Below are positions 18,612 to 26,339 of a stretch of DNA of 40,225 nucleotides, one piece after another (within the stretch, counting starts at the first letter, position 1; the number at the start of each line of letters is the position of its first letter). The stretch is taken from the IMG/VR virus record IMGVR_UViG_3300032320_000912, positions 1-40,225 of that record. The stretch is one strand, 5' to 3'. The DNA is from a virus (lineage: Duplodnaviria; Caudoviricetes). The notes below the pieces were generated by a model, which made no database searches, was not told the DNA's origin, and worked only from the letters and a program-made list of their open reading frames with translations. The position numbers were made by a program, and so were the translations under genes.

Positions 18612-19984
18612 AGCCATTTCCGTTTCAAGAACTAGATATCCAGAAGCTAATTGCCAATGACGGAACAGGGATTGTCGCCACTCAGGTGGGTGGTGGCAAA
18701 ACCCTGATTGCCGTTGAGGTTGCCAAGCGACTCAAGACTCCGGTCAACTTTGTGATTGCCCCAAAGGGAACGCACAAGAGAGCGTGGGAGCGAACCATTC
18801 TGGAGCAACTGCCAAATGCTAGGGTTCGATACATCAACTCATCAGCTGACGGCAAGCAGGCATTTCTTGATATGGAAGCAAAGCAGGCTGGCTGGTATCT
18901 AATAAGTCCAGAGTTCTTTCGGAACTATCACTGGAGAGGTATCGAGCCAGACCTTGCGGTATTCGACGAGATTCACCGAGCGTCAAACCGCAACAGCAAG
19001 ACCGCCAAGATGCTTCACACCCTAAAGGCGAAGCGTCGCATTGGAATGAGTGGCACGATTGCAGGTAACAAGATCGAGGGTATGTGGTCAATCCTCAAGT
19101 GGGTCTACCCGCAGGTCGCTGGGCGTAGCTTCTGGGGCTGGGTCGAAGAGTATTGTGAGACCAAGGTTGACTTCTTTGCAGGCAAGGTTGTCGATAGTGA
19201 GAAGACTCCGGGCAGGATTATCACCAGCATACCTTGCTACATTCGCCATCTAAAGCGTGAGCAGTGTTGCCCAATGCACCCGAACGGCGTAGACCACGAG
19301 CTTCCAGCGGTGCAGGAAGAGATTAGAACTGTTGAGCTAATGCCAGCTCAGCGAAAGATTTACAAGAAGCTTGAGAAAGACCTTTTTGTCTGGCTAGGAG
19401 ATAACCCACTGGCAGTCGAAGCTCCGGTGGCAGTCCGAACTCGACTCCGGCAGATTACTCTGGGTGTGCCAATGATTGACGAAGAAACTCAAGAGGTCAC
19501 ATTCGCAGATGACTGCGACTCGACCAAGCTCAATGAGCTGTTCCAGATTGTGTCAGACCACCCCGAAGGTGAGCAGATGCTAATCCTGACTCACTCGCAG
19601 AAGTTTGCCAGAGTAACTGTGGCGCGACTTCGCAAGGCGGGAATGACCGCATTCGAGTGGTCTGGGCGAGCTGCTCAAAAAGTTAGAGACGAAGCTCTCG
19701 AAGATTTTATTGCAAACAGAGTGCAGTTTATTGTGGCAGTTATCTCTGCAATTGGAGAGGGAACTGACGGCTTGCAGGAAGCTGCCAACATTGTTGTGTG
19801 GCTATCAAAGGATGATAACCGACTGCTAAATGAACAGGCTGCTGGTCGCCTAGACAGGCGTGGGCAAAAGAAGTCAGTTATAAGTTACGAAATAATTGCT
19901 GAAGACACGTATGATGAGGGACAGTTTTCTAAGCTGATTCAGGATAAAATACTGATGAACGCAAGCTTACGACCCAGAGGATAA
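18608..19984 (+). CDS. SF2 (SNF2-like) DNA helicase
   Basis: Q-motif PFQ, QVGGGKT, DEIH, SGT, GEGTDGLQ, QAAGRLDRRGQ. Confidence 0.92.
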   Translation: MKPFPFQELDIQKLIANDGTGIVATQVGGGKTLIAVEVAKRLKTPVNFVIAPKGTHKRAWERTILEQLPNARVRYINSSADGKQAFLDMEAKQAGWYLISPEFFRNYHWRGIEPDLAVFDEIHRASNRNSKTAKMLHTLKAKRRIGMSGTIAGNKIEGMWSILKWVYPQVAGRSFWGWVEEYCETKVDFFAGKVVDSEKTPGRIITSIPCYIRHLKREQCCPMHPNGVDHELPAVQEEIRTVELMPAQRKIYKKLEKDLFVWLGDNPLAVEAPVAVRTRLRQITLGVPMIDEETQEVTFADDCDSTKLNELFQIVSDHPEGEQMLILTHSQKFARVTVARLRKAGMTAFEWSGRAAQKVRDEALEDFIANRVQFIVAVISAIGEGTDGLQEAANIVVWLSKDDNRLLNEQAAGRLDRRGQKKSVISYEIIAEDTYDEGQFSKLIQDKILMNASLRPRG

Positions 19985-19985
19985 A

Positions 19986-20267
19986 ATGGCCAAGTCTAAC
20001 GAGAGCCTTGATTTTGGCATAAAGCCCGAAGCTCGAAGTGCTTGGAACAAGCTTTGCAAACTGCAAGACGACAATCCGATCTACCCCTGCGCCAACAACC
20101 CATACCTGTTTGCCGACACTGACTTCCTAACTGAGGATGAAGCCGAGGAGATCTGCCACGGTTGTCCATTGATAAAAGCTTGCTACGACTTCGCTGTCGC
20201 CAATGGCGAACAGCACCACATTTGGGGAGGCATCAACTTTAGTATTTCACCAGAAGAACTTTTCTAA
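19986..20267 (+). CDS. whiB: WhiB-family Fe-S transcription factor (1)
   Basis: PC...ICHGCPLIKAC...HIWGG: four Cys and WGG turn. Confidence 0.85.
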   Translation: MAKSNESLDFGIKPEARSAWNKLCKLQDDNPIYPCANNPYLFADTDFLTEDEAEEICHGCPLIKACYDFAVANGEQHHIWGGINFSISPEELF

Positions 20268-20275
20268 GGAGAAAT

Positions 20276-20632
20276 ATGAATTTGATTGAGCTGATGCGGT
20301 TAGTATCTCTAGACGACCCAGAGAACTCTCTGGAGTGGCAAAGGGATGGACTGTGTAACCAGACTGACCCAGAGGCTTTCTTTCCTGAATACGAGCGGGA
20401 TGGCCAGATGGCTAAAGAAGTATGCAAGGAATGCCCAGTAAAGCAGAAGTGTTTCGATTACGCTGTTAGCAATAAAGAAACATTTGGAATCTGGGGCGGT
20501 ATAGATTTCACAGTAAGAAGAACAGAAACGGAAAGAGCAAATGATTATAGAGAGCAGAGTGAAGGAACTAGCCCTATCACTTTTCGGTCAAGCGAGTATC
20601 AGAGACTCACAAAAGAAAATCGGAGCATCTGA
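20276..20632 (+). CDS. whiB: WhiB-family Fe-S transcription factor (2)
   Basis: WQRDGLCNQTDPEAFFPE...AKEVCKECPVKQKC...FGIWGG. Confidence 0.92.
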   Translation: MNLIELMRLVSLDDPENSLEWQRDGLCNQTDPEAFFPEYERDGQMAKEVCKECPVKQKCFDYAVSNKETFGIWGGIDFTVRRTETERANDYREQSEGTSPITFRSSEYQRLTKENRSI

Positions 20633-21251
20633 CTTTAGTGACCCTTGCGAATACCACTTGGCTTCCAAGTTAATTGGTGAGGAGCAACCAGCATTCAAGT
20701 ATTGGATGGGCGCAAAGATTGGAACTGCAGTTCACGAGTTCCTTGAAGAGCGCATCCCAACCTCAGACTTTGAGCAGTTCCCAGAGTTCAAGTCTGCATC
20801 AATCGAGCAGAAGATTCGCCTTGGCAACCTAGAGGGTTACGGCGAGATCAATTCCAAGCCAGACCTAGCACTTGTGGATAGCCAGCACCTAATCGACTGG
20901 AAGACTTCTACTCGCGCCAAGAGCAAGAAGCTTCAGGAAGTCTTGTTCGAAGGCAAGGAAGATGCAGACTCTGCCTACACCCTAAAGCGTTACTACGCTC
21001 AGGTGCAGGTCTACGCTTGGGGGCTAAACAAGAACGGCACTCCGATTGACGGATGCTCACTTGTGTTTATCAACCGAGACGGAACTTACGACCCAGATGT
21101 GTGGACTTGGAGTTTCGATTATGACGAGCAGTTTGCGCTAGACATCTGGCACAGACTTGAGCGCATCTGGAAGGAGCTTCAGGATGGTAAGCCACTCGAA
21201 GAGTTCCCGAAAGAAACTCACTGCTTCAATTGCAAAGTTTTTGACAATTGA
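20541..21251 (+). CDS. Cas4-like PD-(D/E)xK exonuclease
   Basis: IGASD...C, GTAVHE, PDL...IDWKT, QVQVY, terminal CFNC. Confidence 0.85.
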   Translation: MIIESRVKELALSLFGQASIRDSQKKIGASDFSDPCEYHLASKLIGEEQPAFKYWMGAKIGTAVHEFLEERIPTSDFEQFPEFKSASIEQKIRLGNLEGYGEINSKPDLALVDSQHLIDWKTSTRAKSKKLQEVLFEGKEDADSAYTLKRYYAQVQVYAWGLNKNGTPIDGCSLVFINRDGTYDPDVWTWSFDYDEQFALDIWHRLERIWKELQDGKPLEEFPKETHCFNCKVFDN

Positions 21252-21253
21252 GC

Positions 21254-21282
21254 TTGACACCCTGCATTACATCTGTTACACT
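21254..21282 (+). promoter_or_regulatory. Sigma-A-type promoter for the recombination/replication genes
   Basis: TTGACA (21254-21259), 17 nt, TACACT (21277-21282) with TGn extension; AAGGAGG SD downstream. Confidence 0.75.
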
Positions 21283-21304
21283 AATCGCACAAGGAGGAAA
21301 ATAA

Positions 21305-22030
21305 ATGAGCGATTTTCCAAAACTGCCCTTTGAGGCAGGTATCAAAAAGGCTGCACAGCTGAACCGACCAAACTCGATTCTGGTGTATGGCGACCCAAAG
21401 CGTGGCAAGAGCTGGTTCGCTGCTTCTGCAGCTGAGGTAGCTGAGCTGTCACCTGTTCTCGTGCTAGACACTGAGGGTGGCTCTACCGCTATCTCTCGTG
21501 ACTGGCCAGATGTGGATGTGATTTCTACTGACACTCACGAGAAGTTCGACAATGCAATCAACGCCCTACTAGGCCAGAAGCACAAATACAAGACCGTCAT
21601 CATTGACACTCTTGGCGTTGCTATGGACAGGGCCGAGAAGACCTTTGGCGACAAGCCAGAGAACAAGAACAACAAGTTCGGCAAGTATGGCGACTTGAAG
21701 GTCTGGATCAATGACCTTTCTCGTAAGCTACACGCTGCTCCGTTCCTAGGAATCATTGTGGCTCACGCCCTTGATGAGAAGGACGAGAACACTGGTGCAG
21801 TAAAGACCATTCCACTGCTACCGGGTTCTGCCCGTAACACCCTCCCATCTGTGCCGGACATTGTGGCGTATCTCACCACAGAGGCTGACGGAGATGGTAA
21901 CATTCACCGAGTGATGTATCTTCAGTCCTCGGACAGAATGGTCTCCGGAAACCGCTTCGGTCTTCCGGGAAGGCTTGTTGACCCAAGTATGAAGAAAGTC
22001 ATTGACAAAATTGCTGAAGGAGGCAAATAA
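21305..22030 (+). CDS. AAA_24 / Sak4-like P-loop ATPase (recombination)
   Basis: LVYGDPKRGKS, LDTEGG, VIIDT, IVAH; lies between the Cas4-like nuclease and SSB. Confidence 0.85.
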   Translation: MSDFPKLPFEAGIKKAAQLNRPNSILVYGDPKRGKSWFAASAAEVAELSPVLVLDTEGGSTAISRDWPDVDVISTDTHEKFDNAINALLGQKHKYKTVIIDTLGVAMDRAEKTFGDKPENKNNKFGKYGDLKVWINDLSRKLHAAPFLGIIVAHALDEKDENTGAVKTIPLLPGSARNTLPSVPDIVAYLTTEADGDGNIHRVMYLQSSDRMVSGNRFGLPGRLVDPSMKKVIDKIAEGGK

Positions 22031-22033
22031 ACT

Positions 22034-22498
22034 ATGGCACTAACCATCAACATCTCCAGTGGAGACCTAGCACCAAAGAGCGACTACTCCCTGCTACCTG
22101 CAGGAACATACTCAGCAACTATCTTCGACCTTGAGACCCTAGAGGTCAAGAGCGGTGAGAACGCTGGGAAGCCACAGTTCAAGGTTCAGCTTCGTGTATC
22201 CGAGGGTGAGTTCGAGAACCGTCGTCTGTTTACTTACGTTCCGCTTTACACTGGTAAGGCGTTCTGGAAGACTCAGGCATTCTTCGAGGCACTAGGCTAT
22301 GACATGAAGGACGGCAAGTTTGCCGTTCCTGCCAACAAGGACTTGATGGGTAAGACCATCGGTGCTAAGGTAAAGATCGTTCCGGGCCTTGAGGGCGAGG
22401 AAAACAACGTTGCTGGCTTTGTCAAGGCCAGTAGCACTCCAGAGGCTCTCATTGCGGGCCTCGGTGGAAAGCCAGTTGCCGAAGACGACACCTGGTAA
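22034..22498 (+). CDS. DUF669-like single-stranded DNA-binding protein
   Basis: LLPAGTYSATI...GENAGKP; acidic/aromatic C-terminus EDDTW; usual position after the AAA ATPase. Confidence 0.8.
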   Translation: MALTINISSGDLAPKSDYSLLPAGTYSATIFDLETLEVKSGENAGKPQFKVQLRVSEGEFENRRLFTYVPLYTGKAFWKTQAFFEALGYDMKDGKFAVPANKDLMGKTIGAKVKIVPGLEGEENNVAGFVKASSTPEALIAGLGGKPVAEDDTW

Positions 22499-22507
22499 AC
22501 ACCAAAT

Positions 22508-22542
22508 GGGCACTCCTGAGCACGAGTTAAAACTGCTCACCC
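22508..22542 (+). ncRNA. Compact H-type pseudoknot candidate
   Basis: ACUC(22512-15)/GAGU(22524-27) crossed with UGAGCA(22517-22)/UGCUCA(22534-39). Confidence 0.5.
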
Positions 22543-22546
22543 CCAA

Positions 22547-22630
22547 CCCTCTAACGGTTCGCTGGAAGCTTCTTTCTCTCCTTTCTGTGCTTCATCTCCT
22601 CAGCGTTAGGTTCGATTCCTAAAGAGGGAC
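22547..22630 (+). ncRNA. tRNA-like / tmRNA-TLD-like RNA with anti-SD loop
   Basis: Acceptor-like CCCUCU/AGAGGG, D-loop-like AACGGUU, CGCUG/CAGCG and GAAGC/GCUUC stems, canonical T arm UUAGG-UUCGAUU-CCUAA; no anticodon arm, no encoded CCA. Confidence 0.65.
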
Positions 22631-22632
22631 GC

Positions 22633-22682
22633 GACAAGGCAGGATGTTTTGCCCCCCCCCCTTAGCAAATGCCTGCCTTGTC
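22633..22682 (+). other. Long hairpin with C-run loop upstream of the primase RBS
   Basis: GACAAGGCAGG/CCUGCCUUGUC plus UUUGC/GCAAA; C10 run at 22652-22661. Confidence 0.65.
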
Positions 22683-22701
22683 CAAACCTTTAGGAGAGGT
22701 T

Positions 22702-24894
22702 ATGAATGTAAATCAATTTTTAGAGCTGGTGCTTGGAGAAGGCGCTGGCTATGCAACCATTGTGACTAAGGACTCAAAGGGAGTTCCTACTGTCCAGAAG
22801 TTCTTTAGCTACCCAGATGAGTTAGATGAAATGGTCGCCTACGCTGAGCGATTCAAGAACGAAGATGTCTACTTCTCTCCAATCGTTTACTATGAGCAAA
22901 GGCGAATCCGAGAGAACGCCAAGAGCGTTTCTGTTGTGTATTCTGATGCCGACACTTGCAACCCTGCTAACTTCAGAATCGTACCTTCGATTTCTGTGGA
23001 GACTTCCAAAGACCGCTGGCACTGCTATTGGGTTCTTGATGGCGAGGCCGACCCACAGCGAGTTGCTAACGTTGCCAAGAAGATTGCCTACGCACACAGA
23101 GACCAAGGTTGCGATGTGTCCGGCTGGAATCCAACCAAGCTACTTCGAGTAGCTGGAACTAGCAATAAGAAGTATGCTGAGGTCTTTGCGGTCTCTGCAA
23201 CCACTAACGGAATTATCTACACAATCGAAGAGATTGAGAAGCAGTATGAGGATATCCATACTGAGTCGATTCCTGAGTTAGCTAATCTTCCAATGCCGGA
23301 AGAGACACCAGAGCTAATGAAGGTGCTTTCCAAGATTGCAAGTAACCGAGAGATTCTTTCTCTCTATATGGAAGAGCCAAGTGCTAACGCAGATATGAGC
23401 AAGATGCTCTGGCGTTTAGAGCTAGAGCTATTCCGACAGGGCTTGACAATCGAGGAAGTCTTTGCTGTTGCCAAGAACGCTAAGTGCAACAAGTATCACC
23501 ACCCATCTAGACCAAAGCGTCTCGATGCCGACGGAGATCTTTGGCGTGAGGTTCAGCGAGCACAGCAATCCTTCGGGCAGGCTACGGCATCGGTTGAACC
23601 GCTAGAGGATAACTCTGCAGACTTTGAGAAGACCATTGACTTCCTAAGTTCTTCCGAGCGTGACCTTGTGAGTAAAACCCCAACCTTTGTGAACAAGTAT
23701 TGCGACTGGGCAGGCAAGAAAACTGACGGCGCTGTTGAGTATCAGATTGCGGGAGCATTTACTATTCTCTCCTCGGCCTTCTCGGACATCGGAGCAGCTG
23801 CCCCTAAGTATGGCAAGATGGGCCTAAACCTTTGGTTTATGCTCTTGGGTGAGACTACCCGAAGCCGTAAGTCGACTAGCCGCAGCTTGATGCTAAAGAT
23901 GCTGACCGCCTATGAGCGACTCGTGGGCTATCAGATTGACATCGGCTCTAACGCAACTGGCGAAGCTCTTGTAAAGCACCTTGCAGGTCGAGACAAAATG
24001 ACATCGCTGTTCCACCGAGACGAGGTGCAGGGTATGTTCAAGGAGTTTGTGACCAAGACTTATATGGCTGCAGCTGCTGACCAATACACTGAGCTTTATG
24101 ATGGCAAGGTTCCAGTTATGCTTCGATCTACCGGGGCTAACAACGGCATCAAGGCATTGCAGACTGACCGAGCTGAGACCAACTTCATTATGTATTTGAT
24201 GGGTATCACCAGCAAGGTAGCTGAGATTCTAACCATAGATTACTTCCGCTCAGGATTCCTAGCTCGATTTATCTACGTCGTAGCCGACGCACCGGAGCGC
24301 ACAAGAGAGTCAGAAGACCTAGCTCAAGCTGAGGCTTACTCAACCTTCGTGCAGGATGACGAGATGGAGACGATGGTCAGGGAGATCTTTGACACCGCAA
24401 CTTGGTGGCAGAAGAAGGGTGGGCCATTCCCAAGGCCAATCTTTATGTCTCAGGAGGCCCTAGACCGCTTCAACCAGTTCAAGTGGGAGATGGGCGACTA
24501 TACCAATGGACACCCGAACGAGGAGTCTGTAGAGCCTAGCCGTCAGCGTCTTGCCCTATCTGTCTGGAAGATTGCAGTGCTACTTGCGATGTATGACCGC
24601 TCTGAGAAGGTTCAGGTCACTCACGTTCTAATCGCCATCAGCTACGCCGAAGGCTGGTTCAAGAACCTTGTGCGGATGGCAGGAGCTATCTCGGCATCCG
24701 AGTGGCAGAGAGAAGTTGATTCCCTAGAGGCTTTGATTGCGACTCGCGGTGGCCGTCTGCGTTATGAGGAAGCCTTCAAGAAGTTCGGTGACAAGAAGAA
24801 GCGTGAGTTTGACGATATGATTGAGTCACTACACTCTCAGGCTAGAATCAACGTCACCTTCGAAAACAATAAGAAGTTCTTGGAGACACTATGA
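22702..24894 (+). CDS. DNA primase (RepB-like) fused to a DUF3987-type helicase-like domain
   Basis: DVYFSP, VYSDAD, SVETSKDRWHCYW, LLRVAGTSNKK; C-terminal LGETTRSRKSTS, DE, RSGFLARF; AGGAGAGG SD. Confidence 0.85.
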   Translation: MNVNQFLELVLGEGAGYATIVTKDSKGVPTVQKFFSYPDELDEMVAYAERFKNEDVYFSPIVYYEQRRIRENAKSVSVVYSDADTCNPANFRIVPSISVETSKDRWHCYWVLDGEADPQRVANVAKKIAYAHRDQGCDVSGWNPTKLLRVAGTSNKKYAEVFAVSATTNGIIYTIEEIEKQYEDIHTESIPELANLPMPEETPELMKVLSKIASNREILSLYMEEPSANADMSKMLWRLELELFRQGLTIEEVFAVAKNAKCNKYHHPSRPKRLDADGDLWREVQRAQQSFGQATASVEPLEDNSADFEKTIDFLSSSERDLVSKTPTFVNKYCDWAGKKTDGAVEYQIAGAFTILSSAFSDIGAAAPKYGKMGLNLWFMLLGETTRSRKSTSRSLMLKMLTAYERLVGYQIDIGSNATGEALVKHLAGRDKMTSLFHRDEVQGMFKEFVTKTYMAAAADQYTELYDGKVPVMLRSTGANNGIKALQTDRAETNFIMYLMGITSKVAEILTIDYFRSGFLARFIYVVADAPERTRESEDLAQAEAYSTFVQDDEMETMVREIFDTATWWQKKGGPFPRPIFMSQEALDRFNQFKWEMGDYTNGHPNEESVEPSRQRLALSVWKIAVLLAMYDRSEKVQVTHVLIAISYAEGWFKNLVRMAGAISASEWQREVDSLEALIATRGGRLRYEEAFKKFGDKKKREFDDMIESLHSQARINVTFENNKKFLETL

Positions 24895-25283
24895 ACCAGA
24901 TGAAAAGATTAGAAATAATCAGCGTAGCCATCTGGCTAAGAGACCACGCAAAGACTGCAAGCAATCAGGAGCTGCTAGATAAGTGTCAGCACCTGTCAAG
25001 TTTTGGGATTTTTTCAAACAGGAATCTGACAAGGCTAATCTCTGGCAGGCTGAGCCACGCAACCATCGGTAGGCACACTCATAAGACTACCCGCAACGGT
25101 GGATCGATAGCTCCAGATTCTCTTGAGGACATACGTGATGCCCTGTTCAGTAAAGAGGGCAAGGTAGTAGACTATGAAGCAGTGGTAAGAGCCCTGAAAA
25201 AGGGCACAAGCCAGAATATGGTTACAAAACTGACTGGAATTTCTCAGTCTTCAATTAGCAGAAGGATTAACAATGCCTCCTAA
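24891..25283 (+). CDS. HTH DNA-binding protein
   Basis: C-terminal GTSQNMVTKLTGISQSSISR HTH; ATGA overlap. Confidence 0.7.
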   Translation: MNQMKRLEIISVAIWLRDHAKTASNQELLDKCQHLSSFGIFSNRNLTRLISGRLSHATIGRHTHKTTRNGGSIAPDSLEDIRDALFSKEGKVVDYEAVVRALKKGTSQNMVTKLTGISQSSISRRINNAS

Positions 25284-25473
25284 GAAAAAGCCACAGGCTG
25301 CTTACACGCCAGTAGCACCAGAGAATAAGCTCACCGGAATGTTTGGGTGGTGCTTGTTGCCACAGCACGAACTGTGTCCGGGAGATGCTCCGAGCATTAG
25401 ATGCTCTTGCTTATGTCACACCGAAAAGAAAGTAGAAGCTGATGAGCCAACAGCTACAGGAACTAATCCATAG
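25273..25473 (+). CDS. Small Cys/His-rich hypothetical protein
   Basis: WCL..HELC...CSCLCH; AAGGA SD. Confidence 0.6.
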   Translation: MPPKKKPQAAYTPVAPENKLTGMFGWCLLPQHELCPGDAPSIRCSCLCHTEKKVEADEPTATGTNP

Positions 25474-25621
25474 ATCATCTCACGTTGCCTTTGAGTCAGG
25501 GGCTAATGCTGAGCGATATCGCATTATCAAACTTATAAATGATAGCAAAGTAATCAACACAGATCAAAAGTATTTTCTATTGGCATTAATCAAGGGAGAG
25601 AAAGCTGACTCGCTGGCTTAA
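25442..25621 (+). CDS. Hypothetical protein (59 aa)
   Basis: MSQQLQELIHRSSHVAFESGANAERYRIIKLI...; ERxRII is a common phage small-protein pattern. Confidence 0.55.
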   Translation: MSQQLQELIHRSSHVAFESGANAERYRIIKLINDSKVINTDQKYFLLALIKGEKADSLA

Positions 25622-25760
25622 GGCAATCCTTTGCTTTTTCAAAGGGCACAACATTGAAATTGGAAATGCCTGCCCAGTTACCGGGATAAGAAAACTTACC
25701 TGCAATTATTGTGGTGCCGATAACATGCCTAAACATGGCAAAGAAATGCAATTTAAATGA
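25605..25760 (+). CDS. Small Zn-ribbon-like protein with apparent CTG start (51 aa)
   Basis: (M)TRWLKAILCFFKGHNIEIGNACPVTGIRKLTCNYCGAD...; in-frame TAA at 25587; GGGAG just upstream of CTG 25605. Confidence 0.5.
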   Translation: MTRWLKAILCFFKGHNIEIGNACPVTGIRKLTCNYCGADNMPKHGKEMQFK

Positions 25761-25921
25761 ACCTATTTTCAAAGAACGCAGACCCAGAGCTGGTAAGACA
25801 AGACCCAGAGGCTATTCGATACCACGCAGTAAAGTTCCAGAGCGGATATCGGTATCCACTGGCTGCCCTTTGTGTGCACTGGCTACAACAGGAGCATCGT
25901 GAAGAAGATATTGAGCATTGA
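25757..25921 (+). CDS. Hypothetical protein (54 aa)
   Basis: ATGA overlap with the preceding ORF; overlaps the RuvC start. Confidence 0.45.
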   Translation: MNLFSKNADPELVRQDPEAIRYHAVKFQSGYRYPLAALCVHWLQQEHREEDIEH

Positions 25922-26339
25922 CCCCGGTGGAACAACTGGGATTGCTGAGATAACTTACACCTCAGTAGACGAGCCTATCCTCAAATCTGTTCAGCAGATC
26001 GAGGGTGGGCTTCAAGGCTTTTTGGAATGGTATAGAGGTCGTCAAGGTAACTGGGACCAAATTATTTGTGAGGACTTTGTGCTGAGGCCAAGCGTAAAAT
26101 TCCCAGACCTAAGTCCGGTTTACATCATTGGGGCGCTTGAGGCTTTTGAGGTATTTAATTCAGTCAAGCCAATTTACCAATCACCATCACTAAAGCCGCT
26201 CTGTAACGACGAAGTGCTAAAGCGAATCGATTTTTACACAAAAGGAAAACCTCACGGCAATGATGCGACACGACACGGTATAATTTATCTTAGACATATA
26301 AAACATAAGCCAACACTTTTGAAAGGCTGGCCCCAGTGA
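25899..26339 (+). CDS. RuvC-like Holliday junction resolvase
   Basis: ILSIDPGGTTG, ICEDF, IIGAL, HGNDATRH; GTG start after AGGAG. Confidence 0.85.
   Translation: MKKILSIDPGGTTGIAEITYTSVDEPILKSVQQIEGGLQGFLEWYRGRQGNWDQIICEDFVLRPSVKFPDLSPVYIIGALEAFEVFNSVKPIYQSPSLKPLCNDEVLKRIDFYTKGKPHGNDATRHGIIYLRHIKHKPTLLKGWPQ

Noticed and set aside
20541-21251. CRISPR-Cas locus suggested by a Cas4-like gene
   Set aside because: No array or other cas genes; stand-alone Cas4-like nucleases next to AAA and SSB genes are standard phage recombination modules.
22547-22630. Canonical tRNA gene
   Set aside because: T arm is present, but there is no D stem, no 7-nt anticodon loop, only 6 acceptor pairs and no CCA. 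Reported as a tRNA-like RNA instead.
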